A stretch of 64,000 nt of DNA from Candidatus Nitrospinota bacterium M3_3B_026 (GCA_051418015.1 JBPRGF010000029.1:64001-128000); one strand, 5' to 3'. Shown: positions 19,039 through 28,644, numbered from the stretch's first letter. Translations and numbers: made by a program. Notes: generated from the sequence alone by a model not told the origin.

Positions 19039-19803
19039 TCATCCAGCCTCCCCCTCCCCGACACAGGCGGGGCAGGGGGCGTTGTCATCGGCCGTTTTCA
19101 CCGGCCATGAGTTCCATGCAAAAGCCGCCACGAGCAGGCCGAATCCCGCGTACATGACAGGCTCCGAGCCGAGCCAGAACTTGCCGGTCATCGCGGCAGC
19201 GGACGCCGCCAAGCCGAGGGCGAACGGGCCGTAGCCTCTCCTGCTTTTCGCGTGATAAGCAAGAGGCGCCACGGCCAGCGTCAGGAAAAGCGCCATGAGA
19301 GGCGCAAGGTACGGCGTGTAATTCACGAACCCGATCCCAAACACTCCCAGGAGCCATGCGTAGGCGGGCCAGCAGGCGGGGCACGTCAGCTTGGGCGCCA
19401 GCGCGACGCCTATCGCGGGCAGAACGGAAAAAGCTCCGCCTATCGATTTTTTATGTTTCGCATTGGCCACGCCGCCTGAAGTCTCCACGCTTTCTCTCAG
19501 CAACGCTGTGACGATGACATCCACGGACGGAACAACGTCGCGGCGGCCTTCGCTGTCTATGTACATGCGGCAGGTGGCCGCGCCGTCCCCCGGCGCTTCT
19601 CCGGCCACGTCTTCTCCATTAACGAGTATCGTCGGGGAGCCGTATCGCCGGACATGATCAGGGCTCCCCGGGTCGCCGCGCTCCCATTCCGTCCAGGAGG
19701 GCGCGGCCCCGGCCAGGGAAAGGGCTTTCATAAGGTTGGCCCTGGCCTTGTCTTTGTTCGGGCATGTGGAATCGTATATAAGCTCCACTTTTGGCATGGT
19801 CAT
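19039..19803 (-). CDS. Thioredoxin-like domain fused to a MerC-like mercury transporter
   Basis: N-terminal VELIYDSTCPN...GSPTILVNGED...CRMY; C-terminal PKLTCPACWPAY plus four TM helices and a CPAC tail. Start overlaps the merR stop (TGATG). Confidence 0.8.
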   Translation of the reverse strand: MTMPKVELIYDSTCPNKDKARANLMKALSLAGAAPSWTEWERGDPGSPDHVRRYGSPTILVNGEDVAGEAPGDGAATCRMYIDSEGRRDVVPSVDVIVTALLRESVETSGGVANAKHKKSIGGAFSVLPAIGVALAPKLTCPACWPAYAWLLGVFGIGFVNYTPYLAPLMALFLTLAVAPLAYHAKSRRGYGPFALGLAASAAAMTGKFWLGSEPVMYAGFGLLVAAFAWNSWPVKTADDNAPCPACVGEGEAG

Positions 19804-20207
19804 CACTCCTCCCTGTCCAGAGCCTCCAGTATCGGGCAGTCGCTCGACGGCCCGCGCCCCCTGCACGAGGCGGCTAGCTTTTCCAGGGCGCTCTTTATTT
19901 TCGAAAGTTGTTCGATCCTTTTGTCCACGTCGGCGATTTTTTCCATGGCCCGGGCTCTCACGTCAGCGCAGGTGGCCCCCGGCTCCACGCGCAGCCGCAA
20001 AAGCTCCTGTATCTCCTTGAGCGAAAAGCCGAGATCCTTGGCCCGCCGGATAAAACTTATCCGCCCCACCACGTCTTCCCCGTATTGCCGGTAGCCGGAA
20101 TCTTTCGTGGGCGGTTTGTCGATAAGCCCCTTGCGCTCGTAGAACCGGACGGTTTCCACTCCCACGCCAGCCAGTTTGGCCACTTTTCCGATAGTTAAGG
20201 GTTTCAT
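19803..20207 (-). CDS. merR: MerR-family metal-responsive regulator (Hg-MerR-like Cys triad)
   Basis: TIGKVAKLAGVGVETVRFYERKGL HTH; Cys in ATCADV and a C-x8-C (CRGRGPSSDC), as in MerR C82/C117/C126. Confidence 0.85.
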   Translation of the reverse strand: MKPLTIGKVAKLAGVGVETVRFYERKGLIDKPPTKDSGYRQYGEDVVGRISFIRRAKDLGFSLKEIQELLRLRVEPGATCADVRARAMEKIADVDKRIEQLSKIKSALEKLAASCRGRGPSSDCPILEALDREE

Positions 20208-20225
20208 TTCCCTTTCCTCAACTTT

Positions 20226-20257
20226 AATATAGACTCCGTACTATGCTACGGAGTCAA
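20226..20257 (-). promoter_or_regulatory. MerR-type promoter/operator
   Basis: Minus strand TTGACT - 20 bp - TATATT, with perfect inverted repeat GACTCCGTA-N6-TACGGAGTC (20232-20255) resembling the mer operator. Confidence 0.88.
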
Positions 20258-20315
20258 GGGCGGATTTGAGGCGGCCGCCAACTGGGAATCGCGCGCCGGA
20301 AGCTGGATCAGCTGG

Positions 20316-20978
20316 TCAGTCGGAAGTGTTTCGCCGCAGGAATTCGAGCAGCAACTTCTTCTCTTCGGATGTGGGCGCCTCGACACCGGCTTCCCTGATG
20401 TTCTCCTCCATCTTCCGCACAACCCGTGGCCACTCGGATTTCGTGTGGATGGATGGGTCGGGCGGCTCGTGGCATTGGGAGCATATTCTCTCGAACGTTT
20501 TATATTCCGGGGTATCGAGGGAAGCGGTTTTCGATCTGTCCAGAGCCTTCAGCGCGTTCTTTTCAAGGTATCCGATGACCGCCTCTTTCTCCGCCGCCGT
20601 CATCGGCTCCACCCGGCCCCGGCCCATCATCATTTTCATCATCCCCATCATGCCGCCCCCCATGCCCGACATCATCCGCATCCGCGAGTCCATCCGCTCC
20701 ACCAGCGCCTTCCAGTCCTTCGCCGAGTTTCGCTTGGGGCTTGGCAGGGGATGGCACTGGGAACAGAATTTCGCGTAGGTCCTGGCCTCTGGAGAAGCCG
20801 CGTCCGGCAGGTTCTCAGGGTCGACGCCGGTCTTCGGCATCCTCCCCATCATCGAGCACATCTTCCCGTCCCCCATCATGCCTCCGCCCATCATGCGGCT
20901 GGCGTAGGCTGTGGAGACCGGCGCCGCAACCAGGCATATCGCTGCTGACAGGACTGTTACCATCTTGCTCATATTCAT
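20316..20978 (-). CDS. Periplasmic diheme cytochrome c with Met/Gly-rich linkers
   Basis: Signal peptide, two CSQCH heme-binding motifs, MMGGGMMG and MMSGMGGGMMGMMKMMMG stretches; ATGA overlap with cusA. Confidence 0.85.
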   Translation of the reverse strand: MNMSKMVTVLSAAICLVAAPVSTAYASRMMGGGMMGDGKMCSMMGRMPKTGVDPENLPDAASPEARTYAKFCSQCHPLPSPKRNSAKDWKALVERMDSRMRMMSGMGGGMMGMMKMMMGRGRVEPMTAAEKEAVIGYLEKNALKALDRSKTASLDTPEYKTFERICSQCHEPPDPSIHTKSEWPRVVRKMEENIREAGVEAPTSEEKKLLLEFLRRNTSD

Positions 20979-23900
20979 GAATATACCCCTTTACCTGGCC
21001 TTTTCAACATCGCGTAGACCACCGGGATGACGATGAGCGTAAGGATGGTGGACGATAAAAGCCCTCCGATCATTGGCGCGGCCATACGCTTCATCGGCCC
21101 GGAGCCCGCGCCCGCCGACCACATGATGGGCAAAAGACCGAGTATTAGGCAGCTTACCACCATCATCTTCGGGCGCACTCTCATCACCGCGCCTTCGATG
21201 ATGGCTTCGATCAAGTCGCCATGGCCCCGCATCAGCCCATCCTTTTTTCGCTTTTCGTAAGCCATGTTCAGGTAGACGAGCATGACAACGCCGGTCTCCG
21301 CCGCAAGCCCCGCCAGCGCGATGAACCCGACGGCCACCGCCACGCTCATGTTGTAACCGAGCGAATGAACAAGCCAGATTCCGCCGATCACGCTGAACGG
21401 CAGGGCAAGCATGATTATCAATGTATCCGAAAGGCTCCCGAAGTTGAGGTAAAGAAGAAGGAAGATGATGACCAGTGTCAGCGGGACGATGACAGAGAGC
21501 CTCCTGTTGACATCCTCCATGAGCCTGTATTGACCGCTCCATTCCATGTGGTAACCGGCCGGAAGTTTGATGGCGCCGCTCATGGCGGCCCTGTCGATGG
21601 CAGCCTGGGCGCGCGCGACGTATGTCCCGATATCCTGCCCGGCCTCGAGGGCGACGGGAACGTTGACGAGCGTCATGCCGTTCTCGCTTTTTATCATCGG
21701 CGGCCCGCCGCGAAGCTCTATGGTGGACACGGCGCCCAGCGGGACAAGCGCTCCGTTCGAGGCGGTCAGCAATACTCTTTTGAGTTTCTCCGGGTCGTCA
21801 CGCAGCTCCCGGGGATAACGCACGTTGACGGGGAACCGGTACCGCCCTTCTATTGTATTGGTGATGTTCGCTCCGCCGATGGCCGACTCTATGACCATCC
21901 TTGCGTCGTCGATGGCGATGCCGTATCGGGCGAGCTTTCGCCGGTCAAGGTCGATGTCGAGGTAACTCCCTCCCATGACCCGCTCGGCCGATACGGACAA
22001 CGTCCCCGGAACCGCGCCTAAAACTCGCTCCACACCGACGGCTATTTTTTCGAGTTCACCGAGGTCATCGCCGTATATCTTCAATCCCAGCAAACCTTTC
22101 ATGCCCGTGGTGAGCATCCCGACGCGTGTCTCTATCGGCATGAGCCACCAGTTGGGCATACCGGGTATGGTAACGGCGCGGTTCATCTCCTCCTTGGTCA
22201 GTTCCTCGAAGGTTGTCCGCCGGAGCGGGACGGGGGACGCAGCCGTGTATTTTCCCAGCAGCGTTTGCGCCCTGCCAGCATCGCCAGGAGCAAGATATCC
22301 GGCGGATGAAAGATGGGAGACCAGGTCATTGGATACCGTTTCCTGAAGTTTTTGCGTGAGCTCTTGTCTAACGGAAATGATGTTTATCCCCCTCAGAAGC
22401 TCCTCCCTGATCCATGTGTTCAGGCTCCATCGGCTCTGACTTTCAACAGTCTCCGCGATATCCCGCGCCGTTACGTTCCTGACGACGTTCCCCGCTTCAA
22501 GCGCGGCGATCATACCCAGCGCGATGCCACGTATGAACCCTTTTTCTATTATCCGCTCCGGCCATTTTCCCTCAGGCTTCAACGAGACATGCGTCTCCAC
22601 CATGGAGAGCGGCGCGGGGTCGGTGGGGGTGTCGGCGCGTCCTATCTTGCCCAGCACGGTGTCCACCTCGGGGAACTGTTTTAGAAGCCTGTCCTGTGTC
22701 TGCAAAACCCGCGCGGCCTCGGCCACGGGCAGGCCGGGGACAGTTGTTGGCATGTAGAGGATGTCCCCCTCTTTCAGTGGTGGCATGAATTCGCTTCCAA
22801 GCTTTTTGCAGGGAACAACAGTCAAGGCGAGCGCGAGGACAGCCAGAGCGATCACCGTTTTTCCGAACCTCAGCGCGATACGCAGGACAGGCCTGTAGAT
22901 GAAGATGAGAACGCGGCTTGCCGGATTTTTATTTTCGGAGGGGACTCGGCCCTTGACGAAAACTCCTATGAGGACCGGTATCAGCGTAACGGCGATGACC
23001 GCCGAGGCGCCCATGGCGAAGGTCTTGGTGTACGCCAGCGGCTTGAACAGCCGCCCGGCCTGATCGCCCAACGCAAACACTGGCAAAAACGACACGGTTA
23101 TTATCAGTAGAGAGAAAAAAAGCGCCGGACCGACCTCGACGCAGGCGTCGATGACGGCGCGGCTTTTATCGCCTCCCCTCTCCAGATGTTTGTGCGTGTT
23201 CTCGACCATCACCACCGCCGCGTCCACCATCGCGCCGATGGCGATGGCTATACCGCCGAGCGACATGATGTTCGCCCCCAGCCCCATCGCCTTCATGACG
23301 ATGAAGGCCGCCAGGACGCCGAGCGGCAGCGTGATCGACGCCACGAAGGCGGAGCGCAGATGCCACAGGAATAAAACGGTGACGAGAGCGACTATCACCA
23401 TCTCCTCTATCAGTTTGGATTTGAGCGTGGCGATGGCGCGGTATATGAGGCCGGAGCGGTCGTAGGCGGGGTTTATGACGACCCCTTCCGGGAGACCCTT
23501 CGATATCTGGCGAAGCTTCTCCTTCACGCCGTTTATCACTTCCAGCGCATTCGCGCCGTGGCGGGCCACGACTATGCCAGCCACCACTTCGCCATTTCCG
23601 TCTTTCTCCGCGATGCCGCGTTTGGTCTCGGCCCCTATCTGGACGGTGGCCACGTCTTTTATTCTCGTCGGCGTTCCGTTGGCGCCTGATCGCAGGACGA
23701 TTTTCTCGATGTCCTCGATGTCTTTTATATATCCTCTCCCCCTGACCATGAACTCCGTGGCCCCAAGCTCCATCACGTCCCCGCCCGCGTCGTTGTTGCC
23801 TTTGCGGACGGCGTTTGCCACACTGCCCAGCGGCAGCCGATATAGGAGAAGCTTTCGCGGGTCGACGGTGACCTGATACTGCCGGGAGGCCCCGCCGACG

Positions 23901-24436
23901 CTCGCCACCTCCGCCACGCCCGGGACGCTCAGCAACTGGTAGCGAACATAAAAGTCCTGCAGGGCGCGAAGCTCGCCGAGGTTATACCGGCCTCCCGTAT
24001 CCTCCACCGTGTATATGAACACCCAGCCGAGCCCCGTCGCGTCGGGGCCGAGGGATGGAGCGACGCCGGATGGCAGGCTCCCTTTGACCTGGTTGAGATA
24101 CTCGATAACACGGCTTCGCGCCCAGTAAATATCCGTCCCGTCCTCGAAGATTACATATATAAAGGACTGGCCGAACATGGAGTATCCCCGGACGTCCTTT
24201 ACTTTCGGGACGGCGAGCATGGCCGAGGCGAGGGGGTATGTGACCTGATCCTCGACGGTACGCGGGTCGCGCCCCATCCACTTCGTGTCTATTATGACCT
24301 GCGTGTCCGATAGGTCGGGTATGGCGTCCAGGGGGATTCGGGAGAGCGACCATGCCCCGGCGAGCGCGGCGATCATCGAGACGATGATCACCAGCAGGCG
24401 GTTGCGCGCGCTCCACTCGATGACGAGGCGGATCAT
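20975..24436 (-). CDS. cusA: CusA/CzcA family heavy-metal RND efflux permease
   Basis: DAIPDLSDTQVI, VEDQVTYPL, DATGLGWV, NIMSLGGIAIAIGAMVDAAVVMVEN, MPTT, DPAPLSMVET, AGLAAETGVVM, RVRPKMM. Confidence 0.93.
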   Translation of the reverse strand: MIRLVIEWSARNRLLVIIVSMIAALAGAWSLSRIPLDAIPDLSDTQVIIDTKWMGRDPRTVEDQVTYPLASAMLAVPKVKDVRGYSMFGQSFIYVIFEDGTDIYWARSRVIEYLNQVKGSLPSGVAPSLGPDATGLGWVFIYTVEDTGGRYNLGELRALQDFYVRYQLLSVPGVAEVASVGGASRQYQVTVDPRKLLLYRLPLGSVANAVRKGNNDAGGDVMELGATEFMVRGRGYIKDIEDIEKIVLRSGANGTPTRIKDVATVQIGAETKRGIAEKDGNGEVVAGIVVARHGANALEVINGVKEKLRQISKGLPEGVVINPAYDRSGLIYRAIATLKSKLIEEMVIVALVTVLFLWHLRSAFVASITLPLGVLAAFIVMKAMGLGANIMSLGGIAIAIGAMVDAAVVMVENTHKHLERGGDKSRAVIDACVEVGPALFFSLLIITVSFLPVFALGDQAGRLFKPLAYTKTFAMGASAVIAVTLIPVLIGVFVKGRVPSENKNPASRVLIFIYRPVLRIALRFGKTVIALAVLALALTVVPCKKLGSEFMPPLKEGDILYMPTTVPGLPVAEAARVLQTQDRLLKQFPEVDTVLGKIGRADTPTDPAPLSMVETHVSLKPEGKWPERIIEKGFIRGIALGMIAALEAGNVVRNVTARDIAETVESQSRWSLNTWIREELLRGINIISVRQELTQKLQETVSNDLVSHLSSAGYLAPGDAGRAQTLLGKYTAASPVPLRRTTFEELTKEEMNRAVTIPGMPNWWLMPIETRVGMLTTGMKGLLGLKIYGDDLGELEKIAVGVERVLGAVPGTLSVSAERVMGGSYLDIDLDRRKLARYGIAIDDARMVIESAIGGANITNTIEGRYRFPVNVRYPRELRDDPEKLKRVLLTASNGALVPLGAVSTIELRGGPPMIKSENGMTLVNVPVALEAGQDIGTYVARAQAAIDRAAMSGAIKLPAGYHMEWSGQYRLMEDVNRRLSVIVPLTLVIIFLLLYLNFGSLSDTLIIMLALPFSVIGGIWLVHSLGYNMSVAVAVGFIALAGLAAETGVVMLVYLNMAYEKRKKDGLMRGHGDLIEAIIEGAVMRVRPKMMVVSCLILGLLPIMWSAGAGSGPMKRMAAPMIGGLLSSTILTLIVIPVVYAMLKRPGKGVYS

Positions 24437-25782
24437 GGCGCGGGTTCTTTCTCTTCCTTGGGCGACATATTTTCCAGCGCGCCCTGGAACCTCGCTTCCG
24501 CCGCGACGAGGAAACCCGCCGAGGCCACGATTTTTTGACCTTCCGAAAGCCCGGACAAAACTTCGTGGTATCTCCCGCCGTCTTCAAGCAAAGCGGCTTC
24601 GCCTTTCTTTGCCTGGCCCTCAGGGTACAGCCACTTTTTCCCAAGCTCGACCTTCACGGGACGCAATCGTCCCCCGCCCTCGTGGACAAAAGCCACAGCC
24701 CGCTTACCCGTGAGAATCACGGCGCTTTCGGGGACAGCCAGAACCTCGTCGCCCGGAACGTGTATCCTGACGCTTGCGAACATGCCGGGTTTGAGCGATC
24801 CGTCTTTGTTGGACACGTCGAATCTCACGCGCGCCGTCCGGGTCTCCGTGTTTACGACGGGGTCGATAAACCCGACATTCCCCTTGATGGTCCTGCCCTG
24901 TATCGCGACATCCGCCGTCATGCCGGTCTTGACGAAAGGAAGCTCATGCTCGTACACGTCACCGTATATCCATACTCTTGAGAGATCGGTGAGTTTTAAT
25001 ATGGGCTGTCCTTCGGTTACGTAATCCCCTTCGCTGGCCAGCCGCTTGATTACCACTCCGGAGAGGGGGGAGTAAATAGTCAGAATCTCGGATGGCTTCC
25101 CGTTTCGGCGTATCAGTTCCATCTCGCCTTCGCTCACTCCCCACCGCGCAAGCCGCGTCCGCGCGGCGTCAGCCAGCGGCGCCAGCCTCACCGCGCCGTT
25201 TTCGAGCAAGGCGAGATACTCCTCCTGTGTCGCGACGAGACCGGGGTTGTAGATGGCAAGGAGCGGCTGGCCCTGCTTTACGGCCTGGCCGGTGAAGTTC
25301 ACGTAAAGTCTTTCGATCCTGCTTCTGCCCGGCGCCCATGCCGATATCGTCTTCAGCAGGCGCTCATCCGCGTCGACGCGGCCCGTGGTCTCTACCTCGC
25401 GCGCGAGAGCCTGCCTCTTCACGACCGCGAAGCGGACGCCGGCTTGCTGAATCTGCCCAGTGGTTAACACGAGCGCCCCGTCCGCCTTTTCTTTCCCCTC
25501 CTCCTTCATCTCTACAAGCCGCATGTTGCAAATCGGGCAAAGGCCCGGCTCGTCCCTTCTCACCTGCGGGTGCATCGGACACCAGTAGATTTTTTGACCG
25601 GCGAGCACGGTCTCCTCCGAAAGACCGATCCACTTCATCGTTTTGCTTATCGCCGGGTCGTGCAGCCAGTAATGGAGCGCATCCTTCCGGCGAAGTTTTT
25701 CAGGCGTTTTCAGATACACGAACGTCCCGGCGGCGGCCATCGTGACGGCCAGAATGACCAGCGCCAGAAGTTTCGCTTTCAT
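24433..25782 (-). CDS. cusB: CusB-like RND periplasmic adaptor with heavy-metal-binding domain
   Basis: YWCPMHPQVRRDEPGLCPICNMRL, ATQEEYL, LKPGMFASV, GLSEGQKIV. Confidence 0.9.
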   Translation of the reverse strand: MKAKLLALVILAVTMAAAGTFVYLKTPEKLRRKDALHYWLHDPAISKTMKWIGLSEETVLAGQKIYWCPMHPQVRRDEPGLCPICNMRLVEMKEEGKEKADGALVLTTGQIQQAGVRFAVVKRQALAREVETTGRVDADERLLKTISAWAPGRSRIERLYVNFTGQAVKQGQPLLAIYNPGLVATQEEYLALLENGAVRLAPLADAARTRLARWGVSEGEMELIRRNGKPSEILTIYSPLSGVVIKRLASEGDYVTEGQPILKLTDLSRVWIYGDVYEHELPFVKTGMTADVAIQGRTIKGNVGFIDPVVNTETRTARVRFDVSNKDGSLKPGMFASVRIHVPGDEVLAVPESAVILTGKRAVAFVHEGGGRLRPVKVELGKKWLYPEGQAKKGEAALLEDGGRYHEVLSGLSEGQKIVASAGFLVAAEARFQGALENMSPKEEKEPAP

Positions 25783-27143
25783 GGCGCCTCCCCGGCAAGC
25801 TTCTCAAGCATGGCCTCGGCGATCCGCATGTCCACGATGATCCGCTCGTACTGAAGCCTCGTGTCGATCAAAGCCCTCCCGGCGGTGATCAGGGTCAGAA
25901 AATCACTCTTCCCGGCGCTGTATCCACCCCGCGCGGTCTTGAAATTCAGCTCCGCCTCCGGCAATAAAACCTCGCGGAAAAGTTTTTCAGCGTGACGCGC
26001 CTCATTCCGCCTCTGCCATGCTTCCTCGACCTGTAATCGGATGCTGTTTTCCTCCGCGGCCAGCTCCGCGCCAGCCCGTTGGAACCTCGCCGCCGCCATG
26101 CTCCTCTCGGCCGACAGCCGCTCGGACCGCAAAGGGATGTTCACAGTCACGCCGATAAAAGGACGAAGCTCATCGGTCATCCAGGCGCGGTTGTAGGAGC
26201 CGGTGATGGTGAAGTCGGGATAGCTTTGGGCCTCGGCCAGCTTTGTGGACGCGTTCGCGGCCTCTATTCTCGATCGCGCCGATTTGATCCCGGGGTTATT
26301 CTCCAGCGCCGCTTGGAGCAGCGCCGCCTTGTCCGGGGAAAATTTCTCCGAGGGAAGATCGCCGGGAGGAGGCAGCGGCCGCCCAGCCTCCCGTCCCATA
26401 AGCGTGTTCAGCCGCGCCGTGGCGACTCTTAGCGTTCGCTCCAGAACTATGCCGCGATGCTCGACCCTCACCAGGCTCACGTCCGCCTGAACGGCGTCCT
26501 GCAGGCTCGCTTCCCCGGCGCCGTACCGCGTCGCCGCGATCGCCTTGAGTTCGCGCAGAAGTTTTAAGTCATCCTCGTTTATTTCGATGGCGCGATGGGC
26601 GAACCATAACTCAAGGTACGCCGTCTTCACCATGTGAATAAGCGCAAGCTTCGCCGAAACGAAATCGCCCAGCGACGCCTCGGCCTCCGCCAGCGCGGCG
26701 CTCCCACGGAGGCGCAACTTGCCGGGATAGGGGACTCTCTGGCTGAAGTCGAGCTTGTAGGAAAAATCCGCGCCGCTCGCCCCCAACGTCGCGGGAAACA
26801 GGCCAAAACCCATCATGGGATCGTCCAGCGCGGTGGCCTGCGGATATTTTCCCATAGCCTCCTTTACTCTGTGCCTCATGGAGGTAAGGCCCGGGTTGTT
26901 TTCAATCGCGGCGCCGGTCGCGGCGTCGAGGCTCAATGAACCTGCGGCGCCGAATTGATCAGTTTCGTTTTCTTTCTCCCGGACGGCGAGGGCAGGCGTG
27001 CTCAGCCCGCGCGTGGTTTCCTCTATTAAATGGTCAAATCGCGCGTCCGGCCCGTTCGACGCGCAACCGTGGCCGGTGAGCGCGATCAACGCCGTCAATG
27101 TCCACGCTGCGCGCTTCGTATACATGCCTCTGTTCTGCCGCAA
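25779..27143 (-). CDS. TolC/CusC family outer membrane efflux lipoprotein
   Basis: Lipobox-like GHGC, PYPGKLRL, YPDFTI, GYSAGKSDFLTLI; first gene of the cusCBA-like operon. Confidence 0.88.
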   Translation of the reverse strand: MRQNRGMYTKRAAWTLTALIALTGHGCASNGPDARFDHLIEETTRGLSTPALAVREKENETDQFGAAGSLSLDAATGAAIENNPGLTSMRHRVKEAMGKYPQATALDDPMMGFGLFPATLGASGADFSYKLDFSQRVPYPGKLRLRGSAALAEAEASLGDFVSAKLALIHMVKTAYLELWFAHRAIEINEDDLKLLRELKAIAATRYGAGEASLQDAVQADVSLVRVEHRGIVLERTLRVATARLNTLMGREAGRPLPPPGDLPSEKFSPDKAALLQAALENNPGIKSARSRIEAANASTKLAEAQSYPDFTITGSYNRAWMTDELRPFIGVTVNIPLRSERLSAERSMAAARFQRAGAELAAEENSIRLQVEEAWQRRNEARHAEKLFREVLLPEAELNFKTARGGYSAGKSDFLTLITAGRALIDTRLQYERIIVDMRIAEAMLEKLAGEAP

Positions 27144-27160
27144 TTTTTACTCCCCGCGCG

Positions 27161-27178
27161 ATTCTACGAATGTAGAAA
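27161..27178. promoter_or_regulatory. BlaI/CopY-type operator upstream of the cusCBA-like operon
   Basis: ATTCTACGAATGTAGAAA, a near copy of the palindrome at 28627-28644. Confidence 0.7.
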
Positions 27179-27195
27179 TAATGAGCAAATTTTTT

Positions 27196-28197
27196 TTATT
27201 TCTTCTCCATCAGGTCGCACGACTTTTTGCAATGGTCGAGATGCGCCGGGCATGCCTTCTCAGAGCTGAGGCAATAATCGTGGTTGCATTTCTCAAGTTT
27301 TCGTCCTCCAGCGTATATTGGCGCCGCGAAAGCGCCAGCCAGTGTGAGAACTATCAGCGCCGTGGTAAAAACAAGATGGAGTGGCTTCCTGGCCGCTTCG
27401 GCTCCGCCAGGCTCCAAAAGCTCTTTTATCCTTTTTTCCGCGAGGGACGTATTGTCCAACGCCTGTACTCCAGCCGGGATGGAGCCTCGTCTCATCCTCA
27501 TCATCTTGACAAGAGCGTTCGCAAGATCAAACGGCTTTCCCGTTTCCCTGACAGCCCTCTCATCAGCGGCGAACTCCTTCGTTCCGTGGAAAAGTTTTGA
27601 GAGGTAAGACCCAAGCGGGACGAAAAAAAGCAGGTCCTGTATGAACGACAGGACAAAGAGCTTCAGTGGATCTCTCTTCTCGGCGTGGTTAAGCTCATGG
27701 AGGACAACCGCTTCAAGCTCGCCCTCGTCAAGCTCGCGGACAAGCGCTGTCGATATATAGACCCTCGGACGGAGAAGGCCGAGCGTGAAAGCGGCCTTCA
27801 GGCGCTCATCTTCAAACGGGATTATTGGCGCGTGGGCGTAATCGGCGAAGCTTTTCAGTTCGGGAAATTTTTCCAATGAGACCGCATTAAGCGATGTGAC
27901 AAACCTTCGCGACACAATAAAGCTTCCAGCCGCTCTGAATAAGGCGAAAAGCAAACCCGTAGCCACGACTCCAAAACCGACCCAGGGGATGATGGTCATG
28001 AACATCGTGGGGCTGACCAGGCACCATGAAAAAGGCGTCCGGCAACAGGCGAGGGCCGCGCCAGCCTGAGACGTGAGGCCGAGAAGGTTCAACAGGCCGT
28101 AGTGTACGCTGGCGGCGATCAGCGCAAACAGCGAAAGAGCCAGCGCGACCGCCCCCATAAAACTTCTCAGCGCGATCCGGCCCCAGGAGCCATTCAT
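27196..28197 (-). CDS. M56 (BlaR1/MecR1-like) membrane metallopeptidase with Cys/His-rich C-terminal tail
   Basis: AFTLGLLRPRVYIS, AVVLHELNH (HExxH), RDPL, EFAADE; tail KCNHDYC...CPAHLDHCKKSC; no penicillin-binding domain. Confidence 0.88.
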   Translation of the reverse strand: MNGSWGRIALRSFMGAVALALSLFALIAASVHYGLLNLLGLTSQAGAALACCRTPFSWCLVSPTMFMTIIPWVGFGVVATGLLFALFRAAGSFIVSRRFVTSLNAVSLEKFPELKSFADYAHAPIIPFEDERLKAAFTLGLLRPRVYISTALVRELDEGELEAVVLHELNHAEKRDPLKLFVLSFIQDLLFFVPLGSYLSKLFHGTKEFAADERAVRETGKPFDLANALVKMMRMRRGSIPAGVQALDNTSLAEKRIKELLEPGGAEAARKPLHLVFTTALIVLTLAGAFAAPIYAGGRKLEKCNHDYCLSSEKACPAHLDHCKKSCDLMEKK

Positions 28198-28206
28198 GGC
28201 GATACC

Positions 28207-28620
28207 CTACCCACGCCCCTTCTTTTTCTTTTCTATGAGCCTTGAGAGTTTTTCAACCTCGTCGGGAGAAATATCATCCAGCGCGTCCACGAAGGAAGCG
28301 ATCAGCGACGAGCTGGACAAATCAATATAATCCTTCAGCATCCTGCCCGAGACCTCGCGTGTATAATTCTCCCGGCTGATTGACGGCGTGTAGATGTAAA
28401 TGCCCTCTCTTTTTGATCGCCTGATAAAACCCTTGCCGGAGAGTCTGTCCAACACGGTCAGTACGGTGGTAAGCGCGGTCTTTCGCGAAGCGCGTATATC
28501 CTCCCAGACTTCCTTGCCCGCAGCCTCCCCTTTATTCCACAGGGCCTTCATCACCTCAACCTCAAGCTCCCCCAGCGGCCGGAGGGCGCTTTTCCTTTTC
28601 AAATCACGGGATACTCCCAT
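28207..28620 (-). CDS. BlaI/MecI/CopY family transcriptional repressor
   Basis: LGELEVEVMKALW, TTVLTVLDRLSGKGFIRR, YIYTP. Confidence 0.92.
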   Translation of the reverse strand: MGVSRDLKRKSALRPLGELEVEVMKALWNKGEAAGKEVWEDIRASRKTALTTVLTVLDRLSGKGFIRRSKREGIYIYTPSISRENYTREVSGRMLKDYIDLSSSSLIASFVDALDDISPDEVEKLSRLIEKKKKGRG

Positions 28621-28626
28621 ACTTGT

Positions 28627-28644
28627 ATTCTACGAGCGTAGAAT
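28627..28644. promoter_or_regulatory. BlaI/CopY-type operator (autoregulatory)
   Basis: Perfect palindrome ATTCTACG-AG-CGTAGAAT, 6 bp upstream of the repressor ATG; resembles the TACA-NN-TGTA cop/bla box. Confidence 0.75.

Noticed and set aside
27196..28620. Beta-lactam resistance regulator (blaR1/blaI)
   Set aside because: No penicillin-binding sensor domain and no beta-lactamase; the context and operator placement point to metal efflux.
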